A DNA stretch of 64,000 nt from Nitrospirales bacterium. Lineage in GTDB: Bacteria > Nitrospirota > Nitrospiria > Nitrospirales > UBA8639. The notes beneath the pieces are model-generated. The model did no database searches. It was not told the origin of the DNA and worked only from the letters and a program-made list of their open reading frames with translations. The DNA lies in contig OY820905.2 of the NCBI GenBank assembly GCA_963555755.3, positions 576,001 to 640,000 on the forward strand. The letters run 5' to 3'. Made by a program: the position numbers and the translations under genes. Positions 31,666 through 42,485 of the stretch are shown one piece after another (the first letter of the stretch is position 1; the number at the start of each line of letters is the position of its first letter).

Positions 31666-33291
31666 CTAAGACAAAATGTGTTGAAATAGATCCCGGACTT
31701 GGCTGGTAATCATTCTGTACTCGGTAAGAAATGGAGCGGGATTGTTTTTGAGTTGTTGAGCATCATACCCCATCCGAATCGCACATTTGAGGATTTCCTT
31801 TTCCTCAACCGGTAAGGTATGGGTTTGAAGTTCATGCACCATCTGCAGTTTATGCTCGAGGTCTCGCAGATACAGGTAGTGTTTTTGTAGCCTCTCACCT
31901 TGATCTGGCAATAGATATTGATGCGCCACCAAAAGCCTTAGACTTTTGAGGGTATTGGGTTCAAAGAGTTGTGGCTTCAAGGCCACATGCATCAATTGAA
32001 GGGTTTGAACAATAAATTCAATGTCACGAATACCACCGGGACTCAATTTGACGTTACGATCATCATCTCCTTTTCGCTTCACTTTTTGATGAATTTGGGT
32101 CCTCAGCGAGCGGACAGCATCCACAATATTTTGCACGGCCTGTTCTTCTTGCCCGATCACAAATGGACGAATCTTTCGAAGGAAGGATTTTCCGATCGAA
32201 AGTTCTCCAGCAATGGCTCGTGCTTTTAAAAAGGCCAGCCGCTCCCAAGCTCGCCCACGAGTCTGATAATAATTTACGGCTTCGCTGATTGTCCAGGCGA
32301 GTGGACCGATGGTCCCTTCAGGTCGCAAACGTAAGTCCACCCGAAACAAAAAACCTTCTGATGTTGAGACAGACATCACCTGCGTCAGCGTTCTAGCCAA
32401 ATTTTGGAAATAATCTTCGTTGGAAAGGCGCGTCTGACCTTCCCCCGCATTTGTGTGGCCTGGACTGGACTCATACACGTAGACCAGATCGACATCAGAA
32501 CTATAGTTGAGTTCACCTCCCCCGAGTTTTCCCATACCAAGCACGACAAATCCTGTCTTCTGTTCTTGTCCTTTTGAATCCGTATGATGGGGGCTTCCAT
32601 GTTGTCTCTGGAGATCTTCGTTCACCAGCTGATACGCCGCATGAATTACGGTTTCAGCTAATTGAGAAAGGGCATGAAAGGTGTCTTGAACCGTCGCGAC
32701 ACGAAACAGGTCACGAGCGCCAAGGCGAAGCATTTCTCGACGATGAAACCGTCGAAGGATGTCCAACTTGCGTTCATACGTTTTGACGAGACTTAGAGAT
32801 TCGTATAAGAGCACGTGAAGACGTTTTTTTGTGGGTCGTCTTTGGAGAATGCGTTCGTCCTCTAGCCAATAGATCACTGTCGGGGACCGGATCAAGGTTT
32901 CAGCCATGGCCGGACTGCTCCCAAATAACACACAGAGCAATTCTAAGAGATGAGGTGTTTGGCCCAAAAAGCTAAAGACCTGCGTCCGGGCATTGCCGGC
33001 TTCCAGAAACCGTTCCCAATCATTTAACGCCTGATCAGGGTCAGCAGTGTGTGAAACGGCTTCCAATAATTGATGAAGAATCGGTGCGAGTAATTTGCGG
33101 CTTCGTGGGAGCCCAGCCATCAATTGCAAATTGGCATCCGCCTTCCTCCAATCATTAAATCCATAGGGGGCTAAGAGGCGAGAAACTTCGGTCCCAGGCA
33201 AATCCGGTGACAGAAGAAGAGGAGTAGGATCAAGAGGAGTTGTCGTCAATGATGAATCAGAAGATGTCATAACAGGAATAGCGGTACACAA
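31666..33291 (-). CDS. glnE: GlnE-like glutamine synthetase adenylyltransferase, single NT-domain half
   Basis: GMGKLGGGELNYSSDVDL, FRVDLRLRPEG..GPL, WERLA..KAR, VKL.PGGIRDIEF. Confidence 0.85.
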   Translation of the reverse strand: MCTAIPVMTSSDSSLTTTPLDPTPLLLSPDLPGTEVSRLLAPYGFNDWRKADANLQLMAGLPRSRKLLAPILHQLLEAVSHTADPDQALNDWERFLEAGNARTQVFSFLGQTPHLLELLCVLFGSSPAMAETLIRSPTVIYWLEDERILQRRPTKKRLHVLLYESLSLVKTYERKLDILRRFHRREMLRLGARDLFRVATVQDTFHALSQLAETVIHAAYQLVNEDLQRQHGSPHHTDSKGQEQKTGFVVLGMGKLGGGELNYSSDVDLVYVYESSPGHTNAGEGQTRLSNEDYFQNLARTLTQVMSVSTSEGFLFRVDLRLRPEGTIGPLAWTISEAVNYYQTRGRAWERLAFLKARAIAGELSIGKSFLRKIRPFVIGQEEQAVQNIVDAVRSLRTQIHQKVKRKGDDDRNVKLSPGGIRDIEFIVQTLQLMHVALKPQLFEPNTLKSLRLLVAHQYLLPDQGERLQKHYLYLRDLEHKLQMVHELQTHTLPVEEKEILKCAIRMGYDAQQLKNNPAPFLTEYRMITSQVRDLFQHILS

Positions 33292-33350
33292 ATTTCGATT
33301 ATAGAAGGCTGGTCGAGGCCTTACAATGCCTACAATTTTTAGTATACTCC

Positions 33351-35663
33351 ATGATCATGACCACCCTGCCCACACTCACAACCCTGCAGAAAGTCTTGCC
33401 AGGCGTTGCTCCCGACGTGATTCAGGATTTTCTTGATCGGATGGACCAAGATTATTTTTCCCATTTCCCCAAAACAACGGTGGCGAAACACATCCAGTTA
33501 GTCAATGACTTAACCCCCGATCAACCCTGCGCACTCAATGTACAACCAGGAAAAGATACATCTCAGTTTAAACTCACACTCGTGGCCTATGACTATTTTG
33601 CCGAATTCGCCATGGTGTGTGGGTTATTATCTGCCTATGGCTTGGACATTCGGGAGGCGTTCATTTTCACTTCTCACGAAAAAGGAACACCATCATTAAA
33701 CCCGGCACGCCACAACATCCGCCATCTGAAATCTCGTAATTTTTCTGTTCAACGTCCGACACAGCATCCCGGTTTATCAAGAAAAAAAGTGGTGGATGTG
33801 TTTCGTCTGCAAGTCCTCTCAGGATGCACATTCAATGCGCAAGACCAACAAGCCTTCACCCATGAATTGATCGAGATGGTTCAGATGTTGAATTCTCGCC
33901 ACGCACAAGTCGTTCGAACACGGGTCAATCGAAAATTATTGGAAACTCTTGGAAAAAGAAAAACCTCGTTGACGAATTTGGTGCATCCGGTGGAGATTCA
34001 ATTCAATAATTCGATTTCTTCCCAAGACACTGTCATGGATATTCGAGCCACCGACTCACCTGCTTTCCTGTATGCCTTTTCCAATGCTCTCACCATGAGG
34101 GGTATCTATTTAACCAAGGCCATAATAGAAGTCGATGGCACAAGAGTCCGGAATCGGTTTTTCGTCAGAAGCCGACAGGGTCAAAAAATTGTGACGGCCG
34201 ATGCACAACAAGAACTGATGGTGGCTGCGGCCCTTATCAAAGAATTCACTCACTTTTTAACCTGGGCTCCGGATCCGACCAAGGCCCTTGATCATTTCGA
34301 TCAATTTCTGGACCAGCTACTGGAAGATCACCCCACCAAGAAAAAATTTACTTGGTTGACCCGGAAAGACTCCTTAGCCAATCTCGCCCAATTATTCGGG
34401 ACCAGTGATTTTTTGTGGGAAGACCTTCTCAGACGACAACACACAAATTTGCTCCCCATTTTCGAAGAATTTCACACACAAAGTGAACATCCTTCAAAAG
34501 AACAATTGATAGAAACGTTACGAGCAAGACTTGGGAAAACAAAAAACCCTGAAACTCGAAAAGCCATTCTGAATCAATTCAAGGACGAAGAGCTGTTCCG
34601 CATCGACATGAACCATATTCTTAAGAGTACCTCTCTCCCGATATTTTCCCAGGCCCTGACCACCTTAGCTGAAGTGATCCTGGACCAAGCGTTACTAGAG
34701 GCACAGTCGGTAGTCAATCAATCCCGTAAACCTCCAACAACCAAAAATAATCAATCCCTGCCAGTGACCATCTGTGGATTGGGAAAACTCGGGGGTCGCG
34801 AATTGGGGTACGCCTCGGATATAGAGATTGTGTTTATTTATGATATGGATCCCCACACTCCTCCACACCAACGCCCGATCATTGGAGAATACTACGAACG
34901 ACTGGTACAGGAATTTTTGCATTGGATCGAAGCCAAGCAGGAAGGTATTTTTCAAATTGATACTCGGCTTCGCCCACATGGAGAAAAAGGGCTCCTCGCA
35001 AATTCAATGGAAGAAATTCAACGCTATTACCATGTGGACGGCAGGGCTGTACCCTTCGAGCGTCAAGCCTGGATAAAACTTCGACACGTGGCCGGAGACG
35101 AAAATCTAGGCCATCACGTTGAAGGCCATCGAGATGAATTTGTGTACAGTTCAGAACCCTGGGCTCTCGATACAGCCCTACACTTACGACACCGACAGAT
35201 CCGTGAGCTTGTTCCCCATGGTTCGATTCATGTGAAATATAGCCCAGGAGGGTTAATCGACATTGAATACACCACGCAATACATCCAATTAACACATGGA
35301 AATCACAAACCAACCATACGCACAACCAATACGCTAGAGGCACTCAAATCATTAGAAACCACCAAGCATTTATCAAAGAAGGAATCCAAGGCCTTACAAG
35401 AAGATTATGTTTTTATGCGAAAAGTCATTGATGGCCTTCGTATCGTCCGAGGTAATGCCAAGGATTTAGTTCTGCCAAAGTCCGGCTCAGAGGATATGAT
35501 CTACCTGGCAAGGAGACTCGGGTATCTCACCAAAGTCTGGCAGGAAGGTGCCAAGGTTTTTGAACAAGACATTCAAAAACGGATGGATCGGGTGCATAAG
35601 CTGTTCACTAAACAATTTCCTCAATCCCCCTTAAAAAGAAAAATATCCTCCAAAAGGGTATAG
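33351..35663 (+). CDS. glnE: GlnE-like half with two ACT-like domains and one NT domain
   Basis: GLGKLGGRELGYASDIE, IDTRLRPHG, FERQA, VKYSPGGLIDIEY; N-terminal ACT-like segments. Confidence 0.8.
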   Translation: MIMTTLPTLTTLQKVLPGVAPDVIQDFLDRMDQDYFSHFPKTTVAKHIQLVNDLTPDQPCALNVQPGKDTSQFKLTLVAYDYFAEFAMVCGLLSAYGLDIREAFIFTSHEKGTPSLNPARHNIRHLKSRNFSVQRPTQHPGLSRKKVVDVFRLQVLSGCTFNAQDQQAFTHELIEMVQMLNSRHAQVVRTRVNRKLLETLGKRKTSLTNLVHPVEIQFNNSISSQDTVMDIRATDSPAFLYAFSNALTMRGIYLTKAIIEVDGTRVRNRFFVRSRQGQKIVTADAQQELMVAAALIKEFTHFLTWAPDPTKALDHFDQFLDQLLEDHPTKKKFTWLTRKDSLANLAQLFGTSDFLWEDLLRRQHTNLLPIFEEFHTQSEHPSKEQLIETLRARLGKTKNPETRKAILNQFKDEELFRIDMNHILKSTSLPIFSQALTTLAEVILDQALLEAQSVVNQSRKPPTTKNNQSLPVTICGLGKLGGRELGYASDIEIVFIYDMDPHTPPHQRPIIGEYYERLVQEFLHWIEAKQEGIFQIDTRLRPHGEKGLLANSMEEIQRYYHVDGRAVPFERQAWIKLRHVAGDENLGHHVEGHRDEFVYSSEPWALDTALHLRHRQIRELVPHGSIHVKYSPGGLIDIEYTTQYIQLTHGNHKPTIRTTNTLEALKSLETTKHLSKKESKALQEDYVFMRKVIDGLRIVRGNAKDLVLPKSGSEDMIYLARRLGYLTKVWQEGAKVFEQDIQKRMDRVHKLFTKQFPQSPLKRKISSKRV

Positions 35664-35691
35664 GAGCCTGACCAAGTTTAGCGAAGAAACG

Positions 35692-35731
35692 AAAAGGCCC
35701 GTTCCTACTACTCAGCAGGAACGAGCCTTTT
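35692..35731. terminator. Bidirectional rho-independent terminator
   Basis: AAAAGGCCCGTTCCT-loop-AGGAACGAGCCTTTT between convergent glnE-half and glnA. Confidence 0.75.
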
Positions 35732-35754
35732 GACGTTTCGAGGCTTACGGTAGA

Positions 35755-37164
35755 CTACACATCATAGTACATGACAAATTCGTGCGGATGCGGTCGAATT
35801 CGTACTTGATCCACCTCATTATCCCGTTTGTAACCAATCCAAGCTTGCACCAAGTCTTCACTGAAGACTCCACCTTTTAACAGGAATTGATAATCGTTTT
35901 CCAAGTTACTCAAGGCCTCGTCCAAACTCGCCGGCATCGTCGGAATATTTCCTGCTTCTTCTGGAGCTAAATCATAGAGATTTTTGTCCATGGCTTCTCC
36001 AGGATCGATTTTATTTTGCACACCGTCAAGTCCGGCCATTAACATGGCGCTGAAGGCCAAATAACAATTCGCGGCGGGGTCTGGAAACCGCACCTCGATC
36101 CGTTTGGCTTTGGGGTTGGGAGAATACATGGGAATGCGAATTCCCGCCGATCGGTTTCGACTGGAATAGGCCAATAACACCGGAGCCTCAAAGCCTGGCG
36201 TTAATCGTTTATAGGAATTGGTCGTAGGATTGGTAAAGGCCGCCAAAGCTGGACTATGCTTGAGAATGCCTCCGATATAATGCAAGCACATCTTGGAGAC
36301 ACCAGCATATTCTTTCCCAGCAAACAGAGGTTTCTTATCCTTCCAAATACTTTGGTGCGTATGCATGCCCGTGCCATTGTCCTGAAATAATGGTTTCGGC
36401 ATAAACGTCGCGGTTTTGTTATGTCGCCGGGCCACATTTTTCACAATGTATTTATACAGCATCATTTTATCGGCCATACTGACCAATGTATCAAAACGAA
36501 GATCAATTTCTGCTTGTCCGGCAGTTGCCACTTCATGGTGATGTTTTTCAACATGCATGCCGGCCTTTTCCATTTCCCGAACCATTTCTGAACGAATGTC
36601 TTGCTGGGTATCCATTGGCGGAACAGGAAAATACCCTTCCTTATGTCGTGGGCGAGCGCCAAGGTTTTGACCTTCTTGACCAGAGTTCCAAATGCCTTCA
36701 TCGGAATCAATAAAATAGTACCCTGAATGACTGTTTTGATCGTAACTCGCATGATCAAAAACAAAGAACTCCGCTTCCGGTCCCCAAAAAGACACATCTC
36801 CAATTTTGGTGCCCTTTAAATATTGCTCAGCCCGCAGGGCAACACCTCGAGGGTCTCGTTCATAGCCACCACGAGAAATGGGATCTTGGACATTGCAGAT
36901 CATAGTCAGCGTCGGAATTTCCGTAAATGCATCCATTTTGGCTGTATTGGGATCCGGTACAACCAGCATGTCACTATTCTCAATCATCTTCCAACCACGG
37001 ATTGATGATCCATCAAACCCGGACCCATCCTTAAATAAATCCAAGTTGAGTTCAGACGTGGGAATGGAAAAATGCTGCCAGGTTCCAACCAAATCCACAA
37101 ACCTCAAGTCGACCATTTCGACTTTGTTCTTTTTTGCAAAATCCAAAACCTCACGGGCTGTCAT
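35755..37164 (-). CDS. glnA: Glutamine synthetase type I
   Basis: FDGSSI, GPEAEFF, HHHEVATAGQ, TATFMPKP, NSYKRL.PGFEAP, adenylylation site NLYDL. Confidence 0.97.
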   Translation of the reverse strand: MTAREVLDFAKKNKVEMVDLRFVDLVGTWQHFSIPTSELNLDLFKDGSGFDGSSIRGWKMIENSDMLVVPDPNTAKMDAFTEIPTLTMICNVQDPISRGGYERDPRGVALRAEQYLKGTKIGDVSFWGPEAEFFVFDHASYDQNSHSGYYFIDSDEGIWNSGQEGQNLGARPRHKEGYFPVPPMDTQQDIRSEMVREMEKAGMHVEKHHHEVATAGQAEIDLRFDTLVSMADKMMLYKYIVKNVARRHNKTATFMPKPLFQDNGTGMHTHQSIWKDKKPLFAGKEYAGVSKMCLHYIGGILKHSPALAAFTNPTTNSYKRLTPGFEAPVLLAYSSRNRSAGIRIPMYSPNPKAKRIEVRFPDPAANCYLAFSAMLMAGLDGVQNKIDPGEAMDKNLYDLAPEEAGNIPTMPASLDEALSNLENDYQFLLKGGVFSEDLVQAWIGYKRDNEVDQVRIRPHPHEFVMYYDV

Positions 37165-37222
37165 TCTCTACCTCCTTCACAAAGATAAATTGAAGATCTT
37201 CGATACACTCCAGATCTATTGA

Positions 37223-37379
37223 GGGCTCGCGCAAAAATAACTTCCCATATTTGGGCGTCGACCCATCCCGCCTGTCGGCGTGGCTCGTCCTTTCAATCTG
37301 AGGAGCATGCGCAGTCCTCAAGCCCTGCCAGACAGGTGTCTCAGCACCCAAACATGAAAAATTATTCTTGCGCGAGCCC
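37223..37379. mobile_element. MITE-like family A, copy 3
   Basis: Same TIR; TGA/TTA flanks; lies between amt and glnA. Confidence 0.82.
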
Positions 37380-37428
37380 TTAGGTTTCCTGCAATTGCAC
37401 CATATCGCAACACGGAGACAGCCGGTGA

Positions 37429-38772
37429 TTATGAATATGCGCTCTCATTATGCTGACTGAGATCCAATCCAACCTGTTCATCCTCGGCCGAAACCCGAAG
37501 TCCAATGGTTATATCGACAACTTTCAGAATGATAAACGTCCCGACCACCACAAAAATTATGGTGGCTACAGCCCCAACCAATTGGATGATAAACTGTCCA
37601 GGGTTGCCGAAGAATAAACCTTGGGCCCCAATCGAAGCAAATAATCCGACGGCGAGAATGCCCATGAATCCACCAACCCCGTGTATACCCACGACATCAA
37701 GCGAGTCATCGTACCCAAGTTTGACTTTCCGCACCACAGCCAAATAGCACACACTGCCCGCGACGAGCCCAATAAACAAGGCGGATAGAGGGCCCACAAA
37801 CCCAGCACACGGGGTAATAGTGGCTAATCCAGCAATGATTCCACTCGCAACACCAAGCGTGGTGGGTTTTCCTCTATGAAACCATTCTGCGACCATCCAA
37901 CTGAAAGCACCAGCGCAAGCGGCAAGATGTGTCGCGATAAAAGCGGCGGCGGCGATCCCATCTGCCGCCAACGCGCTGCCCGCGTTGAAGCCAAACCAAC
38001 CGAACCACAATAATCCGGCTCCTAAAACAGTCATCGGCAGATTACCGGGGGGCATCGGTTCCACCCCATACCCCTTCCTCTTACCAAGAACAATGGCACA
38101 AACCAGCGCGGCAAATCCGCAACTCATATGGACGACAGCGCCTCCAGCAAAATCCAAGACCCCATTTCCCTTCCACGCATCATTCATCCAACCCATATCG
38201 CTCATCCAGCCACCACCCCAGATCCAATGAGCCAACGGGGAATAGATAAAGGTCGACCACAGAACGGCGAAAGCCAACAAAGCTGTAAATTTCATCCGCT
38301 CAGCAAAGCTACCGGTAATCAAGGCCACTGTAATCGCAGCAAACATTAATTGAAAAAACATGAACGCCTGGTGTGGCACCGTCGAGGCATAGTCTGGACT
38401 TGGAGTCAGGCCTACACCATTCAGACCCACCCAGTCTAATCCCCCGATCACCGACCCCACGTCCGGGGCAAAGGCTAGCGAGTAGCCCCAAAGGACCCAC
38501 ACAATGCTAATGACGCAAAGAATAATAGCGGAATGCATGAGCGTGCCCAGGACATTCTTAGTCCGAACAAGCCCGCCGTAGAAAAGGGCCAGACCAGGGA
38601 GTGTCATGCACATCACCAGCGCCGAAGACATCAGAATCCATGCCGTATCTCCGGAATCAATGGTTGGTCCTCCACCCGAGGTCCCCTCCTGGGCCCATCC
38701 GGTTGATACACAAAACCCTTGCAAAACTGCCAGTGTCAGCATCAAAATTCTGTACTGTGTGGATCGCATCAC
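37429..38772 (-). CDS. amtB: Ammonium transporter
   Basis: LFYGG, FQLMFA.IT, DFAGG.VVH, WFGWFGFNAGS, DDSLDV..IHG. Confidence 0.93.
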   Translation of the reverse strand: MMRSTQYRILMLTLAVLQGFCVSTGWAQEGTSGGGPTIDSGDTAWILMSSALVMCMTLPGLALFYGGLVRTKNVLGTLMHSAIILCVISIVWVLWGYSLAFAPDVGSVIGGLDWVGLNGVGLTPSPDYASTVPHQAFMFFQLMFAAITVALITGSFAERMKFTALLAFAVLWSTFIYSPLAHWIWGGGWMSDMGWMNDAWKGNGVLDFAGGAVVHMSCGFAALVCAIVLGKRKGYGVEPMPPGNLPMTVLGAGLLWFGWFGFNAGSALAADGIAAAAFIATHLAACAGAFSWMVAEWFHRGKPTTLGVASGIIAGLATITPCAGFVGPLSALFIGLVAGSVCYLAVVRKVKLGYDDSLDVVGIHGVGGFMGILAVGLFASIGAQGLFFGNPGQFIIQLVGAVATIIFVVVGTFIILKVVDITIGLRVSAEDEQVGLDLSQHNESAYS

Positions 38773-38847
38773 AAGATTACCTCAGGTTAAAGTGAATAGC
38801 TCTCGATGGCCCATCTGGCAATCGAGCCAACCCTTTTTCAGTCCTAA

Positions 38848-39219
<372 letters not shown>

Positions 39220-39296
39220 CTAAAGGATCTGCGACTCTCTATCAGGTATCACAGATCCCTTAATCAACCACATTAGCAGGCAAAAGTGCTCAATAT

Positions 39297-40634
39297 TTAT
39301 GAATACGCCCGTTCGTTGTGTTGGCTGAGATCGAGTCCAAGGACCTCTTCATCTTTGGTCACGCGAAGGCCGATGGTCATATCAAGGACCTTTAAAATAA
39401 TAAACGTACCAACAAAAGAAAATACCCAGGTTGCTCCAACGCCAATGGCTTGAATCGCGACCTGACCAGGATTCCCGAAAAACAACCCGGTTGCCCCACC
39501 GACACTGGCAAAGAGACCGGTCGCAATCGCGCCCCAAGAACCACCAATCCCATGAATCGCAAGAACATCCAGGGCATCATCAAACCCAAGTTTACTTTTC
39601 CACAGAACCGCTGCATAACAAAACGCCCCGGCGCCTACACCAATCACAATGGCAGATATAGGCCCAACAAAACCCGCGGCAGGAGTGATGGCCACCAACC
39701 CTGTGACGGCTCCACTGGCTGCTCCAAGAGCGGTGGGTTTGCCCCGATACGCCCATTCCACAACGAGCCAAGACAACGCCCCTGCTGCCGTCGCCACATG
39801 AGTGGCCACAAACGCACCCGCGGCGATTCCATCTGCCGCTAACGCGCTGCCTGCATTGAAGCCAAACCATCCAACCCACAGGAGCGACGCGCCAATCAAC
39901 GTGAAGGGAAGATTATGGGGGGCCATCTTCTCCGTACCATATCCATGACGTGTTCCGAGTACCAGTGCCGCCGCTAAGGCCGCCACGCCAGAACTAATAT
40001 GGACTACCGTTCCCCCAGCGAAATCCAAGGTTCCTTTTCCCTTCCAAGCATCCCTCATCCAACCCATATCGCTCATCCATCCCCCGCCCCATACCCAATG
40101 CGCTAAGGGGGAATAGATAAAGGTTGCCCAGAGTATCGCAAACAAGATAAACGCACCAAAATTCATTCGCTCAGCAATCGCACCGCTAATCAGAGCGACG
40201 GTGATCCCAGCAAACATGAGCTGAAACACCATAAAAGCCAAGTGGGGAATAGCTGTGCCGGAGAACGCCTCAGCCCCTACGCCACGGAGGCCTAAGAATT
40301 CAAAACTTCCGATTATTCCACTGATATCGGAGCCAAACGCAATCGTATATCCCCAAAGCACCCAGACAATACTCACCACACACACAGCGATAAAGCTATG
40401 CATCATGGTGCTGAGTACATTCTTATTCCGGACCATTCCCCCGTAAAATAACGCCAAACCGGGAATAGTCATGAGCAGCACTAACGCCGAGGCCGTAAGA
40501 ACCCAACTGGTATCACCCGCACTAATCGCCGCGGCTTCCCCAGACTCCTCACCAAACACTGGGGCAGCAAATGATAAAAGTAAAAACACTGAAATTAAAA
40601 ACAAGAGATACTTATATGTACTTTTTTTATTCAT
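39297..40634 (-). CDS. amtB: Ammonium transporter (second paralog)
   Basis: Same Amt signature motifs. Confidence 0.93.
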   Translation of the reverse strand: MNKKSTYKYLLFLISVFLLLSFAAPVFGEESGEAAAISAGDTSWVLTASALVLLMTIPGLALFYGGMVRNKNVLSTMMHSFIAVCVVSIVWVLWGYTIAFGSDISGIIGSFEFLGLRGVGAEAFSGTAIPHLAFMVFQLMFAGITVALISGAIAERMNFGAFILFAILWATFIYSPLAHWVWGGGWMSDMGWMRDAWKGKGTLDFAGGTVVHISSGVAALAAALVLGTRHGYGTEKMAPHNLPFTLIGASLLWVGWFGFNAGSALAADGIAAGAFVATHVATAAGALSWLVVEWAYRGKPTALGAASGAVTGLVAITPAAGFVGPISAIVIGVGAGAFCYAAVLWKSKLGFDDALDVLAIHGIGGSWGAIATGLFASVGGATGLFFGNPGQVAIQAIGVGATWVFSFVGTFIILKVLDMTIGLRVTKDEEVLGLDLSQHNERAYS

Positions 40635-40672
40635 TGTTATTGTCTCCCTCGCAACTTTTTTATGAAACTTCC

Positions 40673-41914
40673 CTAAAAGAGGAAGATCCCTTCAACCGCT
40701 AAGGTTGATTGGTTGTCACTGAACCCGACACCGTCTTGAAAGGTCTTTTGGTCAGACTTATCGTACCGAAATTCTGCTCGAGTAATTAAATTGGGAACTG
40801 GTTTAAATTGCAATGTGTAGGTCATCTCCCAAAGAGTTTGGCCTCCCGGGATAGCTGCATCGCTACCTGCATCGATAGCTGCATCGATAGCTGCACCAGA
40901 ACAAACAAGGGCATTGCCTAAAGGTGGCCCCCCGGCGCAACTTTGGGTGCCAGCTGCATCATCAAAAATTTCTGCACGTACTCGGGCACCCCATTGATCT
41001 GTAAAGTCATAGATAAAGTAACCAGCGACTCCACCCCAACGAGCCATAGTTGTTGCTGCGCCACCAGGATTGGCCTGGTTACCATAGTAAGCTTCAATAA
41101 CAACTTCTGCTTTATCCGTGACTTGGACATCTAAAATTCCGCCAAATAAGAGACGTTCAGAATTCGGTATATTTCGTGGACCTTCAGGTCCCCAGAAACC
41201 AAATAAAGAAACTCCCACATTATCCATAGGTGAAATGGAAAGAAGGGCTTCGATGGATTTGCTACTATTAAGATCAACCTGGGTACCTGTAAAAGAGTTA
41301 ATAACGCTAGCTGCAAAGGATACATAATCATTAAAGTCGTACGATCCTCGAAGACCAGTTACCGTGAAGGGTTCTCCCATTCCAAACATAAATGACCGGG
41401 AAAAATTTGGATTCACATAACTTTCAATCACCTCATATCCAACAAGGGTGTTCATTCGTCCTGCTTGAATAGTCAAACCATTTCCAATTGGGGCAATAAA
41501 TTGTACATATGCTTCCTGAAAATCAAAATCATCGGCTCCGGATCCCCCTGAAAATTTTGCATCCTCACCGAAATTTAACTTAAGCCGAAACCCCGCGCGA
41601 TCCTCCAGGCTTCCATCTCCATTTGCCCCCTTTTCGAAAACCAGTTGAGCATTATTGGGTCTGAAAGAATTTGAGTCTCCATCAAAACTCCTCATGTTAT
41701 TGATACCCGTACTAGGATTATTGAAGTTCTGAGTATAAGATGTTGACACAAACCCATAAAGGGAAAGATCTAATTTTTTTGAAAGGGAATGTTCTTCTTC
41801 CCGAGCCATGGATTCCGAAACAAAGACAGGCAGGATCAACAGCACCATGGCCATGATCGTCACCACGAAAGGCGTAAATATTTTTTGTACACAAGGAAAA
41901 ATCTTCAAGGTCAT
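40673..41914 (-). CDS. Outer-membrane beta-barrel porin (BBP2-like)
   Basis: Signal peptide, QEAYV, GYEVIE...NPNFSRS, RAEFRYD, C-terminal Phe. Confidence 0.75.
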   Translation of the reverse strand: MTLKIFPCVQKIFTPFVVTIMAMVLLILPVFVSESMAREEEHSLSKKLDLSLYGFVSTSYTQNFNNPSTGINNMRSFDGDSNSFRPNNAQLVFEKGANGDGSLEDRAGFRLKLNFGEDAKFSGGSGADDFDFQEAYVQFIAPIGNGLTIQAGRMNTLVGYEVIESYVNPNFSRSFMFGMGEPFTVTGLRGSYDFNDYVSFAASVINSFTGTQVDLNSSKSIEALLSISPMDNVGVSLFGFWGPEGPRNIPNSERLLFGGILDVQVTDKAEVVIEAYYGNQANPGGAATTMARWGGVAGYFIYDFTDQWGARVRAEIFDDAAGTQSCAGGPPLGNALVCSGAAIDAAIDAGSDAAIPGGQTLWEMTYTLQFKPVPNLITRAEFRYDKSDQKTFQDGVGFSDNQSTLAVEGIFLF

Positions 41915-42485
41915 TGCTAGCTCCTTTCAAGAAAACATCGTGTTTTGATGGTTGTCATTCCACGTTTGCTTATCGACAACTCCGTCATGTTGCACTGCAT
42001 TGTGCAAAAAAATATATTTCAAACAAATGTATCCCCTCGGTTTAGTATCAAATACATACGGTGAATCCCTTAGCGATTTCGCCGCACATTAAACAGGATT
42101 TTTAACCGAAATCCAAGCAAAAAAAAGCCCTCAACCCTTGCTACAGACTGAGGACTACATCGTCCTAAATAGCTTTTGAAAACACACACCCAGACTTCAC
42201 CGTCCCAGTATAAAACTTTTATAAACTGAAACGCTCTTGAAGTCAAGAAAAAATTCCTCGTTATGGAGAAAACCACGCCAAGGCGAATCCAGAGGTATTG
42301 GATTCTTAAAAACAGATCCCGGCTACATATTGTTCTATGTGTGACTTCTTCAATGTGGTACACCTATCTTTTCAAAATGGACCTTGGGATCCTGAGGCCA
42401 CCCTTGTTGCATCCTCAATCAATCCAAGGTCATTCAAAACGCATGGCGGTTTTAGTCATTGAACCAGGAATGATTTCGTTACACC

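Noticed and set aside
35661..35681. Family C element after the glnE half (similar fragment at 56032-56070)
   Set aside because: Only one degenerate end is present; not called as a complete element.
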